Shown here: piece after piece, positions 63,207-64,000 of the stretch
How positions within the stretch are numbered: position 1 is the stretch's first letter
How the letters are laid out: each line of letters starts with the position of its first letter
Assembly: GCA_024679065.1 (NCBI GenBank)
Contig: JAGIQG010000023.1
Span: forward strand, 9,982,001-10,046,000
Length of the DNA: 64,000 nucleotides
From: Sphyrna mokarran
Taxonomy: Eukaryota
Direction of reading: 5' to 3'
Program-made: the position numbers and the translations under genes
The notes under the pieces: model-generated
What the model saw: only the letters and a program-made list of their open reading frames with translations
Told to the model about the DNA's origin: nothing
The model's database searches: none

Positions 63207-64000
63207 CTGCAAGATAGAAAATAAAGATCCAATTTATTTCCATTTAACTTGAATGGAGATTAATGGAGACATTAATTTCTAGATTATTGCAAATCAATTC
63301 ACAAGTGATCGCAGCATTTGGTAATATATCTCCAGCAGTGAAACACATCATTTGTCCCAACTCCATATAAACCTGTCCAAATAATCTCATCAAAATAACA
63401 TTCAAATCCTTTCTTCTCATTGCTTATCCAGCTTCTGTTTGAATGCATTTCAGCCATTTGCCTCAACTGTTCCCTGTGGTGGAAAAATCCACATCTGAAC
63501 ACTCTGGATAAAGATGTTTCTCTTGAATTCGCTGCTGGATGAATCTTTTTTATTCACACATTGAATGTGGGCATCACTGGCTGGGCCAACAACTGTTACC
63601 CATCCATAATTGGATTGAGAGGGGGAATTTTTGAATTGTATGTAGGCCAGACCAGGCACAAGCAGCAGATTTCCTCAGGGAAATATCTCTAAATGACATT
63701 AATGAAATGGAGTTTTTACTGGAATCAGCAATAGTTTTATGATCATCATTAGATCTTTAATTCCAGACTTTTATTGAGTTCTGCCTTGGTGGGATTTGAA
63801 CTCAAGTCCCCAGAGGATGATTCTGCATTTCTAGATTACTAATACAATATCACTTCATCAGTACCTGTTATCAATGACTATCCACTATTTATGGTCACTG
63901 TTTTTGGTCTTGCCTGCAATTGGAAACATCTTTGTTATCTCTTCCTGAATCTTGAAGATCTCAATCAGATCATTAATCAGAGAAATCCAGCTTGCTGAAT

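Larger units (their letters stand above)
60520..64000. repeat. Segmental duplication, block B2 (partner about 13490-17085)
   Basis: Same order of elements; runs to the window edge. Confidence 0.88.

Overview
Eukaryotic, repeat-rich vertebrate DNA, almost certainly from a shark or other elasmobranch (inferred from HE1/V-SINE, CR1 and Penelope families). The core of the window is a minus-strand, intron-containing immune-receptor gene (about 15618-39594). I assembled it by hand with canonical GT-AG sites and consistent phases: leader - V - C2 - V - C2 - V - C2 - stalk - TM - cytoplasmic tail with ITIMs (814 aa, or 855 aa with an optional second stalk exon). The V domains are CD300/pIgR/TREM-like and the V+C2 modular layout resembles the skate MDIR (modular domain immune-type receptor) family. 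The gene lies in a tandem cluster. Two more intact leader exons (4263-4299, 58800-58836), two destroyed leader remnants and a frameshifted paralogous ITIM exon (62932-63206) sit in large segmental duplicates. A scar near 33.1 kb shows that a fourth V-C2 module was deleted. Both duplicates also carry a decayed LTR element whose env looks like an F-type fusion protein; the 52-57 kb copy keeps retrovirus-type RNase H and integrase remnants (lokiretrovirus-like). Other content: Penelope elements with minimal hammerhead motifs, solo LTRs, Harbinger remnants, SINEs, CR1 LINEs and a 25-bp minisatellite. All homology calls come from motif recognition by eye, with no database search, and repeat boundaries are approximate. 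Most ORFs in the supplied track are spurious.
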